Shown piece by piece: positions 26,101 to 41,100 of a stretch of 64,000 bases of DNA. The notes beneath the pieces are model-generated. The model saw only the letters and a list, made by a program, of their open reading frames with translations, did not search any database and was not told the origin of the DNA. A program made the translations under genes and the position numbers. The stretch's first letter is position 1, and every line of letters begins with the position of its first letter. The DNA comes from Eledone cirrhosa (lineage: Eukaryota), in NCBI GenBank assembly GCA_964016885.1, contig OZ024743.1:99944001-100008000 (forward strand). The letters are read 5' to 3'.

Positions 26101-29100
26101 ACCTGTCTGATCCACCCCAACCATCACACCGGTGTGATCTCCACCAGCTATCTCACCTGTCTAATCCCCACCAGTCATCTCACCTGTCTAATCTACAATC
26201 AGCCATCTCACCTGTTTGATCCCCACCAGCCATATCACCTGTCTGATCCCCACCAACCATGTAAACTGTCTGATCCCCACCAGCCATGACACCAGTCTAA
26301 TCTACACCAGTCATCTAACCTGCCTGATCTCCACCAGCCATCTCACCTGTCTGATCTCCACCAGCCATCTCACCTGTCTCATCCCCACCAGCCATCTCAC
26401 CTGTCTGATCCCCACCAGCCATGACACCAGTCTAATCTACACCAGTCATCTCACCTGCCTGATCTCCACCAGCCATATCACCTGTCTCATCCCCACCAGC
26501 CATCTCACCTGTCTGATCCCCACCAGCCATGACACCAGTCTAATCTACACCAGTCATCTCACCTGCCTGATCTCCACCAGTCATCTCACCTGTCTGATCC
26601 CCACCAGTCATCTCACCTGCCTGATCTCCACCAGCCATCTCACCTGTCTGATCCCCACCAGCCATGACACCAGTCATCTCACCTGCCTGATCTTCACCAG
26701 CCATCTCACCTGTCTAAGCCCTACCGGCCATCTCACCTGTCTGATCTCCACCAGCTATCTCACCTGTCTCATCCCCACCAGTCATCTCACCTGTCTGATC
26801 TCCACCAGTCATCTCACCTTTCTGATCCTCACCAGCAATATCACCTGTCTGATCCCTACCAGCCATCTTACCTGTCTGAGCCTCACCAATCATCACACCT
26901 GTTTGATCTCCACCAACCATCTCACCTGTCTGATCCCTACCAGCCATCTCACCTGTCTGATCCCCACCAGCCATCTCACCTGTCTGATCCCCACCAGTCA
27001 TCTAACCTGTCTGAGCTCAACCAGCCATCTCACCTGTCTGATCCACCCCAACCATCACACCGGTGTGATCTCCACCAGCTATCTCACCTGTCTAATCCCC
27101 ACCAGTCATCTCACCAGTCTAATCTACACCAGTCATCTCACCTGTCTGATCCCACCAGCGCCTCTCACCTGTCAGATCCCCACCAGCCATCTCCCCTGTC
27201 TGATCTCCACCAGCCATCTCACCTGTCTCATCCCCACCAGCCATCTCACCTGTCTCATCCCCACCAGCCATCTCACCTGTCTCATCCCACCAGCCATCTC
27301 ACCTGTCTGATCTCCACCAGCCATCTCACCTGTCTCAACCCCACCAGCCATCTCACCTGTCTCAACCCCACCAGCCATCTCACCTGTCTCAACCCCACCA
27401 GCCATCTCACCTGTCTGATCCCCTCCAGCCATCTCACCTGTCTGATCCACACCAGCCATCTCACCTATCTGATCTACACCAGCCATCTCACCTGTCTGAA
27501 CCCCACCAACCATCTCACCTGTCTCATCCCCACCAGCCATCTCACCTGTCTGATCTCCACCAGCCATCTCACCTGTCTGATCTCAACCAGTCATCTCACC
27601 TGTCTGATCCCCACCAGCCATCTCACCTGTCTGATCTCCACCAGCCATCTCACCTGTCACATCCCCACCAGTCATCTCACCTGTCTAAGCCCTACCAGCC
27701 GTCTCACCTGTCTGATCTCCACCAGCTATCTCACCTGTCTCATCCCCACCAGTCATCTCACCTGTCTGATCCCCTCCAGCCATCTCACCTATCTCATCCC
27801 CACCAGTCATCTCACCTGTCTGATCTCCACCAGCCTTCTCACCTGTCTAATCTCCACAAGTCATCTCACCTGTCTGATCCCCACCAGTCATCTCACCTGT
27901 CTGATCCCACCAGCCATCTCACCTGTCTGATCTCCACCAGTCATCTCACCTGTCTAATCTCCACCAGTCATCTCACCTGTCTAATCTACACCAGTCATCT
28001 CACCTGTCTGATCTCCACCAGCCATCTCGCCTGTCTGATCCCCTCCAGCCATCTCACCTGTCTCATCCGCACCAACCATCTCACCTGTCTGACCCCTACC
28101 AGCCATGTCACCTGTTTGATCTCCACCAGCCATCTCACCTGTCTAATCTCCACAAGTCATCTCACCTGTCTGATCCCCACCAGCCATCTCACCTGTCTGA
28201 TTCCCACCAGCTATCTCACCTGTCTGATCTCCACCAGCCATCTCACCTGTCTCATCCCCACCAGCCATCTCACTTGTCTCATCCTCACCAGTCATCTCAC
28301 CTGTTTGATCCCCACCAGTCATCTCACCTGTCTGATCAACACCATCCATATCACCTGTCTGATCTCCACGAGCCATCTCACCTGTCTGATCTCCACCAGC
28401 CATCTCACTTGTCTCATCCACACCAGTCATCTCACCTGTTTGATCCCCACCAGTCATCTCACCTCTCTGATCAACACCATCCATATCACCTGTCTGATCT
28501 CCACCAGCCATCTCACCTGTCTGATCCCCACCAGTCATCTCACCTGTGTAATCTACATCAGCCATCTCACCTGTTTGATCCGCACCAGTCATCTCACCTG
28601 TCTGATCTCCAACAGCCATCTCACATTTCTGATCCCCACCAGCCCTCTCATCTGTCTAATCTACACCAGTCATCTCACCTGTCTGATCTCCAACAGCCAT
28701 CTCACCTGTCTGATCTCCACCAGCCACCTCACCTGTCTGATCTCCAACAGCCATCTCACCTGTCTAATCTAAACCAGCCATCTCACCTGTTTAATCCCCA
28801 CCTGTCATCTCACCTGTCTGATCCTCACCAGCCATCTCACCTGTCTGAATTTTACCAGCCATCTCACCTCTCTCATCCCACTAGCCATCTCACCTGTCTC
28901 ATCCCCACCAGCCATCGCACCTGTCTGATCCACACTAGTCATCTCACCCGTCTGATCTCAACCAGCCATCTCACCGGTCTGATCCCCACCAATGATCTTA
29001 CCTGTCTAAGCTCCACCAGCCATCTCACCTGCCTGATCCCCACCAGTCATCTCACCTGTCTAAGCTCCACCAACCATTTCACCTGTCTGATCCCCACCAG

Positions 29101-32100
29101 TCATCTAACCTGTCTGATCTTCATCAGCCATTTCCCCTGTCTCATCCCCACCAGTCATCTCACCTGTCTAAGCTCTACCAGCCATCTCAGCTGTCTGATC
29201 CCCACCAGTCATCTTACCTGTGTAATCCACACCAGCCATCTCACCTGTTTGATCCCCGCCAGTCATCTCACCTCTCTTATCACCACCAGCCATCTCACCT
29301 GTCTAATCTACACCAGCCATCTCACCTCTCTGATCTCCACCAGCCATATTCACCTTTCTGATCCCAACCAGCCATCTCACCTGTCTGATCCCCACCAGCC
29401 ATCTCACCTGTCTGATCCCCACCAGCCATCTCACTTGTCTGATCCCCACCAGCCATCTCACCTGTCTGATCCCCACCAGCCATCTCACCTGTCTGATCTC
29501 CAACAGCCATCTCACATTTCTGATCCCCACCAGCCCTCTCATCTTTCTAATCTCCACCAGCCATCTCACCTGTCTGATCCCCGCCAGCCATCTCACCTGT
29601 CTGATCTCCAACAGCCATCTCACCTGTCTGATCCCCACCAGCCACCTCACCTATCTGATCTCCACCAGCCATCTCACCTGTCTAATCTACACCAGCCATC
29701 TCACCTGTTTGATCCCCACCTGTCATCTCACCTATCTGATCCTCACCAGCCATCTCATCTGTCTGAATTCCACCAGCCATCTCACCTGTCTCATCCCACT
29801 AGCCATCTCACCTGTCTGACCCCCACCAGCCATCGCACCTGTCTGAACTCCACCAGCCATCTCACCTGTCTGATTCCCACCAGCCATCCCACCTGTCTGA
29901 TCAACACCAGTCATCTCACCCGTCTGATCTCAACCAGCCATCTCACCTGCCTGATCCCCACCATTCATCTCACCTGTCTAAGCTCCACCAGCCATTTCAC
30001 CTGTCTGATCCCCACCAGCCATCTAACCTGTCTGATCTTCATCAGCCATCTCACCTGTCTGATGTCCACCAGCCATCACACCTGTCTGATCCCCACCAGT
30101 CATCTCACCTGTCTAAGCTCTACCAGCCATCTCAGCTGTCTGATCTCCACCAGCCATCTCACCTGACTGATGTCCACCAGCCATCACACCTGTCTGATCT
30201 CCACCAGTCATCTCACCTGTCTGATCTCCACCAGTGATCTCACCTGTCTGCTCTCCACTAGCATCTCACCTGTCTGATCTCCACCAGTCATCTCACCTGA
30301 CTGAACCCCACCAGCCATCTCACCTGTCTGATCTACACCAGCCATCTCACCTGTCTGATCTACACCAGTCATCTCACCTGTCTGATCCCCACCAATCATC
30401 TCACCTGACTGATCTCCACCAGTCATCTCACCTGTCTGATCTCCACTAGCCATCTCACCTGTCTGATCCCCACCAGTCATCTCACCTGTCTGATTTCCAA
30501 CAGCCATCACACCCTGTCTAATCTCCACCAGTCATCTCACCTGTCTGATCCCCACCAGCCATCTCACCTGTCTGATCTAGACCAGCCATCTCACCTGTCT
30601 GAACCCCACCAGCCATCTCACCTGTCTGATCTCCACCAGCCATCTCACCTGTCTGAACCCCACCAGCCATCTCACCTGTCTGATCTCCACCAGTCATCTC
30701 ACCTGTCTGAACCCCACCAGCCATCTCACCTGTCTGATCTCCACCAGCCATCTCACCTGTCTGAACCCCACCAGCCATCTCACCTGTCTGATCTCCACCA
30801 GTCATCTCACCTGTCTGAACCCCACCAGCCATCTCACCTGTCTGAACCCCACCAGCCATCTCACCTGTCTGATCTCCACCAGCCATCTCACCTGTCTGAA
30901 CCCCACCAGCCATCTCACCTGTCTGATCTCCACCAGTCATCTCACCAGTCTGGTCCCCACCAGCCATCTCACCTGTCTGATCTCCACCAGCCATCTCACC
31001 TGTCTGAACCCCACTAGCCATCTCACCTGTCTGATCTCCACCAGTCATCTCACCAGTCTGGTCCCCACCAGCCATCTCACCTGTCTCATCCCCACCAGCC
31101 ATCACACCCTGTCTAATCTCCACCAGTCATCTCACCTGTCTGATCTAGACCAGCCATCTCACCTGTCTGATTCTCACCAGTCATCTCACCTTTCTGATCT
31201 AAACCAGCCATCTCACCTGTCTGATCCCCACCAGCCATCTCACCTGTCTGAACCCCACCAGCCATCTCACCTGTCTCATCTCCACCAGTCATCTCACCTT
31301 TCTGATCTAAACCAGCCATCTCACCTTTCTGATCCCCACCAGCCATCTCACCTGTCTGATCCTCACCAACCATCTCACCTGTCTCATCTCCACCAGTCAT
31401 CTCACCTGTCTGAACCCCACCAGCCATCTCACCTGTCTCATCTCCACCAGTCATCTCACCTTTCTGATCTAAACCAGCCATCTCACCTTTCTGAACCCCA
31501 CCAGCCATCTCACCTGTCTGATCCTCACCAACCATCTCACCTGTCTCATCTCCACCAGTCATCTCACCTGTCTGAACTCCACCAGTCATCTCACCTGTCT
31601 GATCCCCACCAGTCATCTAACCTGTCTGATTCTCACCAGTCATCTCACCTGTCTGATCTCCACCAGTCATCTCACCTGTCTAATCTCCACCAGCCATCTC
31701 ACTTGTCTTATCTCCACCAGTCATCTCACCTGTCTGAACCCCACCAGCCATCTCACCTGTCTGATTCTCACCAGCCATCTCTCCTCTCTGATCTAAACCA
31801 GCCATCTCACCTATCTGATTTCCACCAGCCATCTCACCTGTCTGAACCTCACCTGCCATCTCACCAGTCTGATCCTCACCAACCATCTCACGTGTCTGTT
31901 CTCCACCAGCCATCACACCTGTCTGAACTCCACCAGCCATCTCACCTGTCAGTTTCCCACCAGCCATCTCACCTGTCTGATCCCCATCAGCCATCTCACC
32001 TGTCTAATCTACACCAGCCATCTCACCTGTTTGATCCCACCAGTCATCTCACCTGTCTGATCCTTACCAGCCATCTCACCTGTCTGATCCCCACCAGCTA

Positions 32101-35100
32101 TCTCACCTGTTTGAACTCTACCAGCCATCTCACCTGTCTCATCCCCACCAGCCATCTCACCTGTCTCATCTCCACCAGCCATCTCACCTGTCTCATCCCC
32201 ACCAACCATCTCACCTGTCTGACCCCTACCAGCCCTCTCACCTGTCTGATCTCCACCAGCCATCTCACCTGTCTAATCTCCACAAGTCATCTCACCTGTC
32301 TGATCCCCACCAGTCATCTCACCTGTCTGATCAACACCAGCCATATCACCTGTCTGATTTCCACCAGTCATCTCACCTGTCTGATCTCCACCAGCCATAT
32401 CACCTGTCTCATCCCCACCAGCCATCTCACCTGTCTGATCCCCACCAGCCATGACACCAGTCTAATCTACACCAGTCATCTCACCTGCCTGATCTCCACC
32501 AGTCATCTCAACTGTCTGATCCCCACCAGCCATCTCACCTGTCTAATCTCCACAAGTCATCTCACCTGTCTGATCCCCACAAGTCATCTCACCTGTCTGA
32601 TCAACACCAGCCATATCACCTGTCTAATCTCCACCAGTCATCTCACCTGTCTGATCTCCACCAGTCATCTCACCTGTCTGATCCCCACCAGCCATCTCAC
32701 CTGTCTGATCCCCACCAGCCATGACACCAGTCTAATCTACACCAGTCATCTCACCTGCCTGATCTCCACCAGTCATCTCAACTGTCTGATCCCCACCAGC
32801 CATCTCACCTGTCTAATCTCCACAAGTCATCTCACCTGTCTGATCCCCACAAGTCATCTCACCTGTCTGATCAACACCAGCCATATCACCTGTCTAATCT
32901 CCACCAGTCATCTCACCTGTCTGATCTCCACCAGTCATCTCACCTGTCTGATCCCCACCAGCCATCTCACCTGTCTCATCCCCACCAGCCATCTCACCTG
33001 TCTGATCCCCACCAGCCATCTCACCTGTCTGATCCCCACCAGTCATCTAACCTGTCTGATCTCAACCAGCCATCTCACCTGTCTGATCCCCACCAGCCAT
33101 CTCAGCTGTCTGATCCCCACCAACCATTTCACCTGTCTGATCCACACCAATCATCACACCTGTCTGATCTCCACCAACCATCTCACCTGTCTGATCCCCA
33201 CCAGCCATCTCACCTGTCTGATCCCCACCAGCCATCTCACCTGTCTGATCCCCACCAGTCATCTAACCTGTCTGAGCTCAACCAGCCATCTCACCTGTCT
33301 GATCCACACCAACCATCACACCGGTGTGATCTCCACCAGCTATCTCACCTGTCTAATCCCCACCAGTCATCTCACCTGTCTAATCTACAATCAGCCATCT
33401 CACCTGTTTGATCCCCACCAGCCATATCACCTGTCTGATCCCCACCAACCATGTAAACTGTCTGATCCCCACCAGCCATGACACCAGTCTAATCTACACC
33501 AGTCATCTCACCTGCCTGATCTCCACCAGCCATCTCACCTGTCTGATCTCCACCAGCCATATCACCTGTCTCATCCCCACCAGCCATCTCACCTGTCTGA
33601 TCCCCACCAGCCATGACACCAGTCTAATCTACACCAGTCATCTCACCTGCCTGATCTCCACCAGTCATCTCAACTGTCTGATCCCCACCAGCCATCTCAC
33701 CTGTCTAATCTCCACAAGTCATCTCACCTGTCTGATCTCCACCAGTCATCTCACCTGTCTGATCCCCACCAGCCATCTCACCTGTCTGATCTCCACCAGT
33801 CATCTCACCTGTCTGATCCCCACCAGCCATCTCACCTGTCTGATCTCCAACAGCCATCTCACCTGTCTCATCCCCACCAGCCATCTCACCTGTCTGATCC
33901 CCACCAGCCATCTCACCTGTCTGATCCCCACCAGTCATCTAACCTGTCTGATCTCAACCAGCCATCTCACCTGTCTGATCCCCACCAGCCATCTCAGCTG
34001 TCTGATCCCCACCAACCATTTCACCTGTCTGATCCACACCAATCATCACACCTGTCTGATCTCCACCAACCATCTCACCTGTCTGATCCCCACCAGCCAT
34101 CTCACCTGTCTGATCCCCACCAGCCATCTCACCTGTCTGATCCCCACCAGTCATCTAACCTGTCTGAGCTCAACCAGCCATCTCACCTGTCTGATCCACC
34201 CCAACCATCACACCGGTGTGATCTCCACCAGCTATCTCACCTGTCTAATCCCCACCAGTCATCTCACCTGTCTAATCTACAATCAGCCATCTCACCTGTT
34301 TGATCCCCACCAGCCATATCACCTGTCTGATCCCCACCAACCATGTAAACTGTCTGATCCCCACCAGCCATGACACCAGTCTAATCTACACCAGTCATCT
34401 AACCTGCCTGATCTCCACCAGCCATCTCACCTGTCTGATCTCCACCAGCCATCTCACCTGTCTCATCCCCACCAGCCATCTCACCTGTCTGATCCCCACC
34501 AGCCATGACACCAGTCTAATCTACACCAGTCATCTCACCTGCCTGATCTCCACCAGCCATATCACCTGTCTCATCCCCACCAGCCATCTCACCTGTCTGA
34601 TCCCCACCAGCCATGACACCAGTCTAATCTACACCAGTCATCTCACCTGCCTGATCTCCACCAGTCATCTCACCTGTCTGATCCCCACCAGTCATCTCAC
34701 CTGCCTGATCTCCACCAGCCATCTCACCTGTCTGATCCCCACCAGCCATGACACCAGTCATCTCACCTGCCTGATCTTCACCAGCCATCTCACCTGTCTA
34801 AGCCCTACCGGCCATCTCACCTGTCTGATCCCCACCAGCCGTCTCACCTGTCTGATCTCCACCAGCTATCTCACCTGTCTCATCCCCACCAGTCATCTCA
34901 CCTGTCTGATCTCCACCAGTCATCTCACCTTTCTGATCCTCACCAGCCATATCACCTGTCTGAGCCTCACCAGCCATTCTCACCTGTCTAATCTCCACCA
35001 GTCATCTCATCTGTCTGATCCCCACCAGCCATCTCACCTATCTGATCTACACCAGCCATGTCACCTGTCTGAACCCCACCAACCATCTCACCTGTCTCAT

Positions 35101-38100
35101 CCCCACCAGCCATCTCACCTGTCTGATTTTCACCAGCCATCACACCTGTCTGATCTCCACCAGTCATCTCACCTCTCTCATCTCCACCAGTCATCTCACC
35201 TGTCAGATCCCCACCAGCCATCACACCTGTCTGATCTCCACCAGTCATCTCACCTTTCTGATCTCCACCAGCCATCTCACCTGTCTCATCCCCACCAGCC
35301 ATCTCACCTGTCTCATCCCCACCAGCCATCTCACCTGTCTCATCCCACCAGCCATCTCACCTGTCTGATCTCCACCAGCCATCTCACCTGTCTCAACCCC
35401 ACCAGCCATCTCACCTGTCTCAACCCCACCAGCCATCTCACCTGTCTCAACCCCACCAGCCATCTCACCTGTCTGATCCCCTCCATCCATCTCACCTGTC
35501 TGATCCACACCAGCCATCTCACCTATCTGATCTACACCAGCCATCTCACCTGTCTGAACCCCACCAACCATCTCACCTGTCTCATCCCCACCAGCCATCT
35601 CACCTGTCTGATCTCCACCAGCCAGCTCACCTGTCTGATCTCAACCAGTCATCTCACCTGTCTGATCCCCACCAGCCATCTCACCTGTCTGATCTCCACC
35701 AGCCATCTCACCTGTCACATCCCCACCAGTCATCTCACCTGTCTAAGCCCTACCAGCCGTCTCACCTGTCTGATCTCCACCAGCTATCTCACCTGTCTCA
35801 TCCCCACCAGTCATCTCACCTGTCTGATCCCCTCCAGCCATCTCACCTATCTCATCCCCACCAGTCATCTCACCTGTCTGATCTCCACCAGCCTTCTCAC
35901 CTGTCTAATCTCCACAAGTCATCTCACCTGTCTGATCCCCACCAGTCATCTCACCTGTCTGATCCCACCAGCCATCTCACCTGTCTGATCTCCACCAGTC
36001 ATCTCACCTGTCTAATCTCCACCAGTCATCTCACCTGTCTAATCTACACCAGTCATCTCACCTGTCTGATCTCCACCAACCATCTCACCTGTCTGATCCC
36101 CACCAGCCATCTCACCTGTCTGATGCCCACCAGCCATCTCACCTGTCTGATCCCCACCAGTCATCTAACCTGTCTGAGCTCAACCAGCCATCTCACCTGT
36201 CTGATCCACACCAACCATCACACCGGTGTGATCTCCACCAGCTATCTCACCTGTCTAATCCCCACCAGCCATCTCACCTGTCTGATCCCCACCAGCCATG
36301 ACACCAGTCTAATCTACACCAGTCATCTCACCTGCCTGATCTCCACCAGTCATCTCACCTGTCTGATCCCCACCAGTCATCTCACCTGCCTGATCTCCAC
36401 CAGCCATCTCACCTGTCTGATCCCCACCAGCCATGACACCAGTCATCTCACCTGCCTGATCTTCACCAGCCATCTCACCTGTCTAAGCCCTACCGGCCAT
36501 CTCACCTGTCTGATCCCCACCAGCCGTCTCACCTGTCTGATCTCCACCAGCTATCTCACCTGTCTCATCCCCACCAGTCATCTCACCTGTCTGATCTCCA
36601 CCAGTCATCTCACCTTTCTGATCCTCACCAGCCATATCACCTGTCTGAGCCTCACCAGCCATTCTCACCTGTCTAATCTCCACCAGTCATCTCATCTGTC
36701 TGATCCCCACCAGCCATCTCACCTATCTGATCTACACCAGCCATGTCACCTGTCTGAACCCCACCAACCATCTCACCTGTCTCATCCCCACCAGCCATCT
36801 CACCTGTCTGATTTTCACCAGCCATCACACCTGTCTGATCTCCACCAGTCATCTCACCTCTCTCATCTCCACCAGTCATCTCACCTGTCAGATCCCCACC
36901 AGCCATCACACCTGTCTGATCTCCACCAGTCATCTCACCTTTCTGATCTCCACCAGCCATCTCACCTGTCTCATCCCCACCAGCCATCTCACCTGTCTCA
37001 TCCCCACCAGCCATCTCACCTGTCTCATCCCACCAGCCATCTCACCTGTCTGATCTCCACCAGCCATCTCACCTGTCTCAACCCCACCAGCCATCTCACC
37101 TGTCTCAACCCCACCAGCCATCTCACCTGTCTCAACCCCACCAGCCATCTCACCTGTCTGATCCCCTCCATCCATCTCACCTGTCTGATCCACACCAGCC
37201 ATCTCACCTATCTGATCTACACCAGCCATCTCACCTGTCTGAACCCCACCAACCATCTCACCTGTCTCATCCCCACCAGCCATCTCACCTGTCTGATCTC
37301 CACCAGCCAGCTCACCTGTCTGATCTCAACCAGTCATCTCACCTGTCTGATCCCCACCAGCCATCTCACCTGTCTGATCTCCACCAGCCATCTCACCTGT
37401 CACATCCCCACCAGTCATCTCACCTGTCTAAGCCCTACCAGCCGTCTCACCTGTCTGATCTCCACCAGCTATCTCACCTGTCTCATCCCCACCAGTCATC
37501 TCACCTGTCTGATCCCCTCCAGCCATCTCACCTATCTCATCCCCACCAGTCATCTCACCTGTCTGATCTCCACCAGCCTTCTCACCTGTCTAATCTCCAC
37601 AAGTCATCTCACCTGTCTGATCCCCACCAGTCATCTCACCTGTCTGATCCCACCAGCCATCTCACCTGTCTGATCTCCACCAGTCATCTCACCTGTCTAA
37701 TCTCCACCAGTCATCTCACCTGTCTAATCTACACCAGTCATCTCACCTGTCTGATCTCCACCAACCATCTCACCTGTCTGATCCCCACCAGCCATCTCAC
37801 CTGTCTGATGCCCACCAGCCATCTCACCTGTCTGATCCCCACCAGTCATCTAACCTGTCTGAGCTCAACCAGCCATCTCACCTGTCTGATCCACACCAAC
37901 CATCACACCGGTGTGATCTCCACCAGCTATCTCACCTGTCTAATCCCCACCAGTCATCTCACCTGTCTAATCTACAATCAGCCATCTCACCTGTTTGATC
38001 CCCACCAGCCATATCACCTGTCTGATCCCCACCAACCATGTAAACTGTCTGATCCCCACCAGCCATGACACCAGTCTAATCTACACCAGTCATCTCACCT

Positions 38101-41100
38101 GCCTGATCTCCACCAGCCATCTCACCTCTCTGATCTCCACCAGCCATATCACCTGTCTCATCCCCACCAGCCATCTCACCTGTCTGATCCCCACCAGCCA
38201 TGACACCAGTCTAATCTACACCAGTCATCTCACCTGCCTGATCTCCACCAGTCATCTCAACTGTCTGATCCCCACCAGCCATCTCACCTGTCTAATCTCC
38301 ACAAGTCATCTCACCTGTCTGATCCCCACAAGTCATCTCACTTGTCTGATCAACACCAGCCATATCACCTGTCTGATCTCCACCAGTCATCTCACCTGTC
38401 TGATCTCCACCAGTCATCTCACCTGTCTGATCCCCACCAGCCATCTCACCTGTCTGATCTCCAACAGCCATCTCACCTGTCTCATCCCCACCAGCCATCT
38501 CACCTGTCTCATCCCCACCAGCCATCTCACCTGTCTGATCCCCACCAGTCATCTAACCTGTCTGATCTCAACCAGCCATCTCACCTGTCTGATCCCCACC
38601 AGCCATCTCAGCTGTCTGATCCCCACCAACCATTTCACCTGTCTGATCCACACCAATCATCACACCTGTCTGATCTCCACCAACCATCTCACCTGTCTGA
38701 TCCCCACCAGCCATCTCACCTGTCTGATCCCCACCAGCCATCTCACCTGTCTGATCCCCACCAGTCATCTAACCTGTCTGAGCTCAACCAGCCATCTCAC
38801 CTGTCTGATCCACCCCAACCATCACACCGGTGTGATCTCCACCAGCTATCTCACCTGTCTAATCCCCACCAGTCATCTCACCTGTCTAATCTACAATCAG
38901 CCATCTCACCTGTTTGATCCCCACCAGCCATATCACCTGTCTGATCCCCACCAACCATGTAAACTGTCTGATCCCCACCAGCCATGACACCAGTCTAATC
39001 TACACCAGTCATCTAACCTGCCTGATCTCCACCAGCCATCTCACCTGTCTGATCTCCACCAGCCATCTCACCTGTCTCATCCCCACCAGCCATCTCACCT
39101 GTCTGATCCCCACCAGCCATGACACCAGTCTAATCTACACCAGTCATCTCACCTGCCTGATCTCCACCAGCCATATCACCTGTCTCATCCCCACCAGCCA
39201 TCTCACCTGTCTGATCCCCACCAGCCATGACACCAGTCTAATCTACACCAGTCATCTCACCTGCCTGATCTCCACCAGTCATCTCACCTGTCTGATCCCC
39301 ACCAGTCATCTCACCTGCCTGATCTCCACCAGCCATCTCACCTGTCTGATCCCCACCAGCCATGACACCAGTCATCTCACCTGCCTGATCTTCACCAGCC
39401 ATCTCACCTGTCTAAGCCCTACCGGCCATCTCACCTGTCTGATCTCCACCAGCTATCTCACCTGTCTCATCCCCACCAGTCATCTCACCTGTCTGATCTC
39501 CACCAGTCATCTCACCTTTCTGATCCTCACCAGCAATATCACCTGTCTGATCCCTACCAGCCATCTTACCTGTCTGAGCCTCACCAATCATCACACCTGT
39601 TTGATCTCCACCAACCATCTCACCTGTCTGATCCCTACCAGCCATCTCACCTGTCTGATCCCCACCAGCCATCTCACCTGTCTGATCCCCACCAGTCATC
39701 TAACCTGTCTGAGCTCAACCAGCCATCTCACCTGTCTGATCCACCCCAACCATCACACCGGTGTGATCTCCACCAGCTATCTCACCTGTCTAATCCCCAC
39801 CAGTCATCTCACCAGTCTAATCTACACCAGTCATCTCACCTGTCTGATCCCACCAGCGCCTCTCACCTGTCAGATCCCCACCAGCCATCTCCCCTGTCTG
39901 ATCTCTACCAGCCATCTCACCTGTCTCATCCCCACCAGCCATCTCACCTGTCTCATCCCCACCAGCCATCTCACCTGTCTCATCCCACCAGCCATCTCAC
40001 CTGTCTGATCTCCACCAGCCATCTCACCTGTCTCAACCCCACCAGCCATCTCACCTGTCTCAACCCCACCAGCCATCTCACCTGTCTCAACCCCACCAGC
40101 CATCTCACCTGTCTGATCCCCTCCAGCCATCTCACCTGTCTGATCCACACCAGCCATCTCACCTATCTGATCTACACCAGCCATCTCACCTGTCTGAACC
40201 CCACCAACCATCTCACCTGTCTCATCCCCACCAGCCATCTCACCTGTCTGATCTCCACCAGCCATCTCACCTGTCTGATCTCAACCAGTCATCTCACCTG
40301 TCTGATCCCCACCAGCCATCTCACCTGTCTGATCTCCACCAGCCATCTCACCTGTCACATCCCCACCAGTCATCTCACCTGTCTAAGCCCTACCAGCCGT
40401 CTCACCTGTCTGATCTCCACCAGCTATCTCACCTGTCTCATCCCCACCAGTCATCTCACCTGTCTGATCCCCTCCAGCCATCTCACCTATCTCATCCCCA
40501 CCAGTCATCTCACCTGTCTGATCTCCACCAGCCTTCTCACCTGTCTAATCTCCACAAGTCATCTCACCTGTCTGATCCCCACCAGTCATCTCACCTGTCT
40601 GATCCCACCAGCCATCTCACCTGTCTGATCTCCACCAGTCATCTCACCTGTCTAATCTCCACCAGTCATCTCACCTGTCTAATCTACACCAGTCATCTCA
40701 CCTGTCTGATCTCCACCAGCCATCTCGCCTGTCTGATCCCCTCCAGCCATCTCACCTGTCTCATCCCCACCAACCATCTCACCTGTCTGACCCCTACCAG
40801 CCATGTCACCTGTTTGATCTCCACCAGCCATCTCACCTGTCTAATCTCCACAAGTCATCTCACCTGTCTGATCCCCACCAGCCATCTCACCTGTCTGATT
40901 CCCACCAGCTATCTCACCTGTCTGATCTCCACCAGCCATCTCACCTGTCTCATCCCCACCAGCCATCTCACTTGTCTCATCCTCACCAGTCATCTCACCT
41001 GTTTGATCCCCACCAGTCATCTCACCTGTCTGATCAACACCATCCATATCACCTGTCTGATCTCCACGAGCCATCTCACCTGTCTGATCTCCACCAGCCA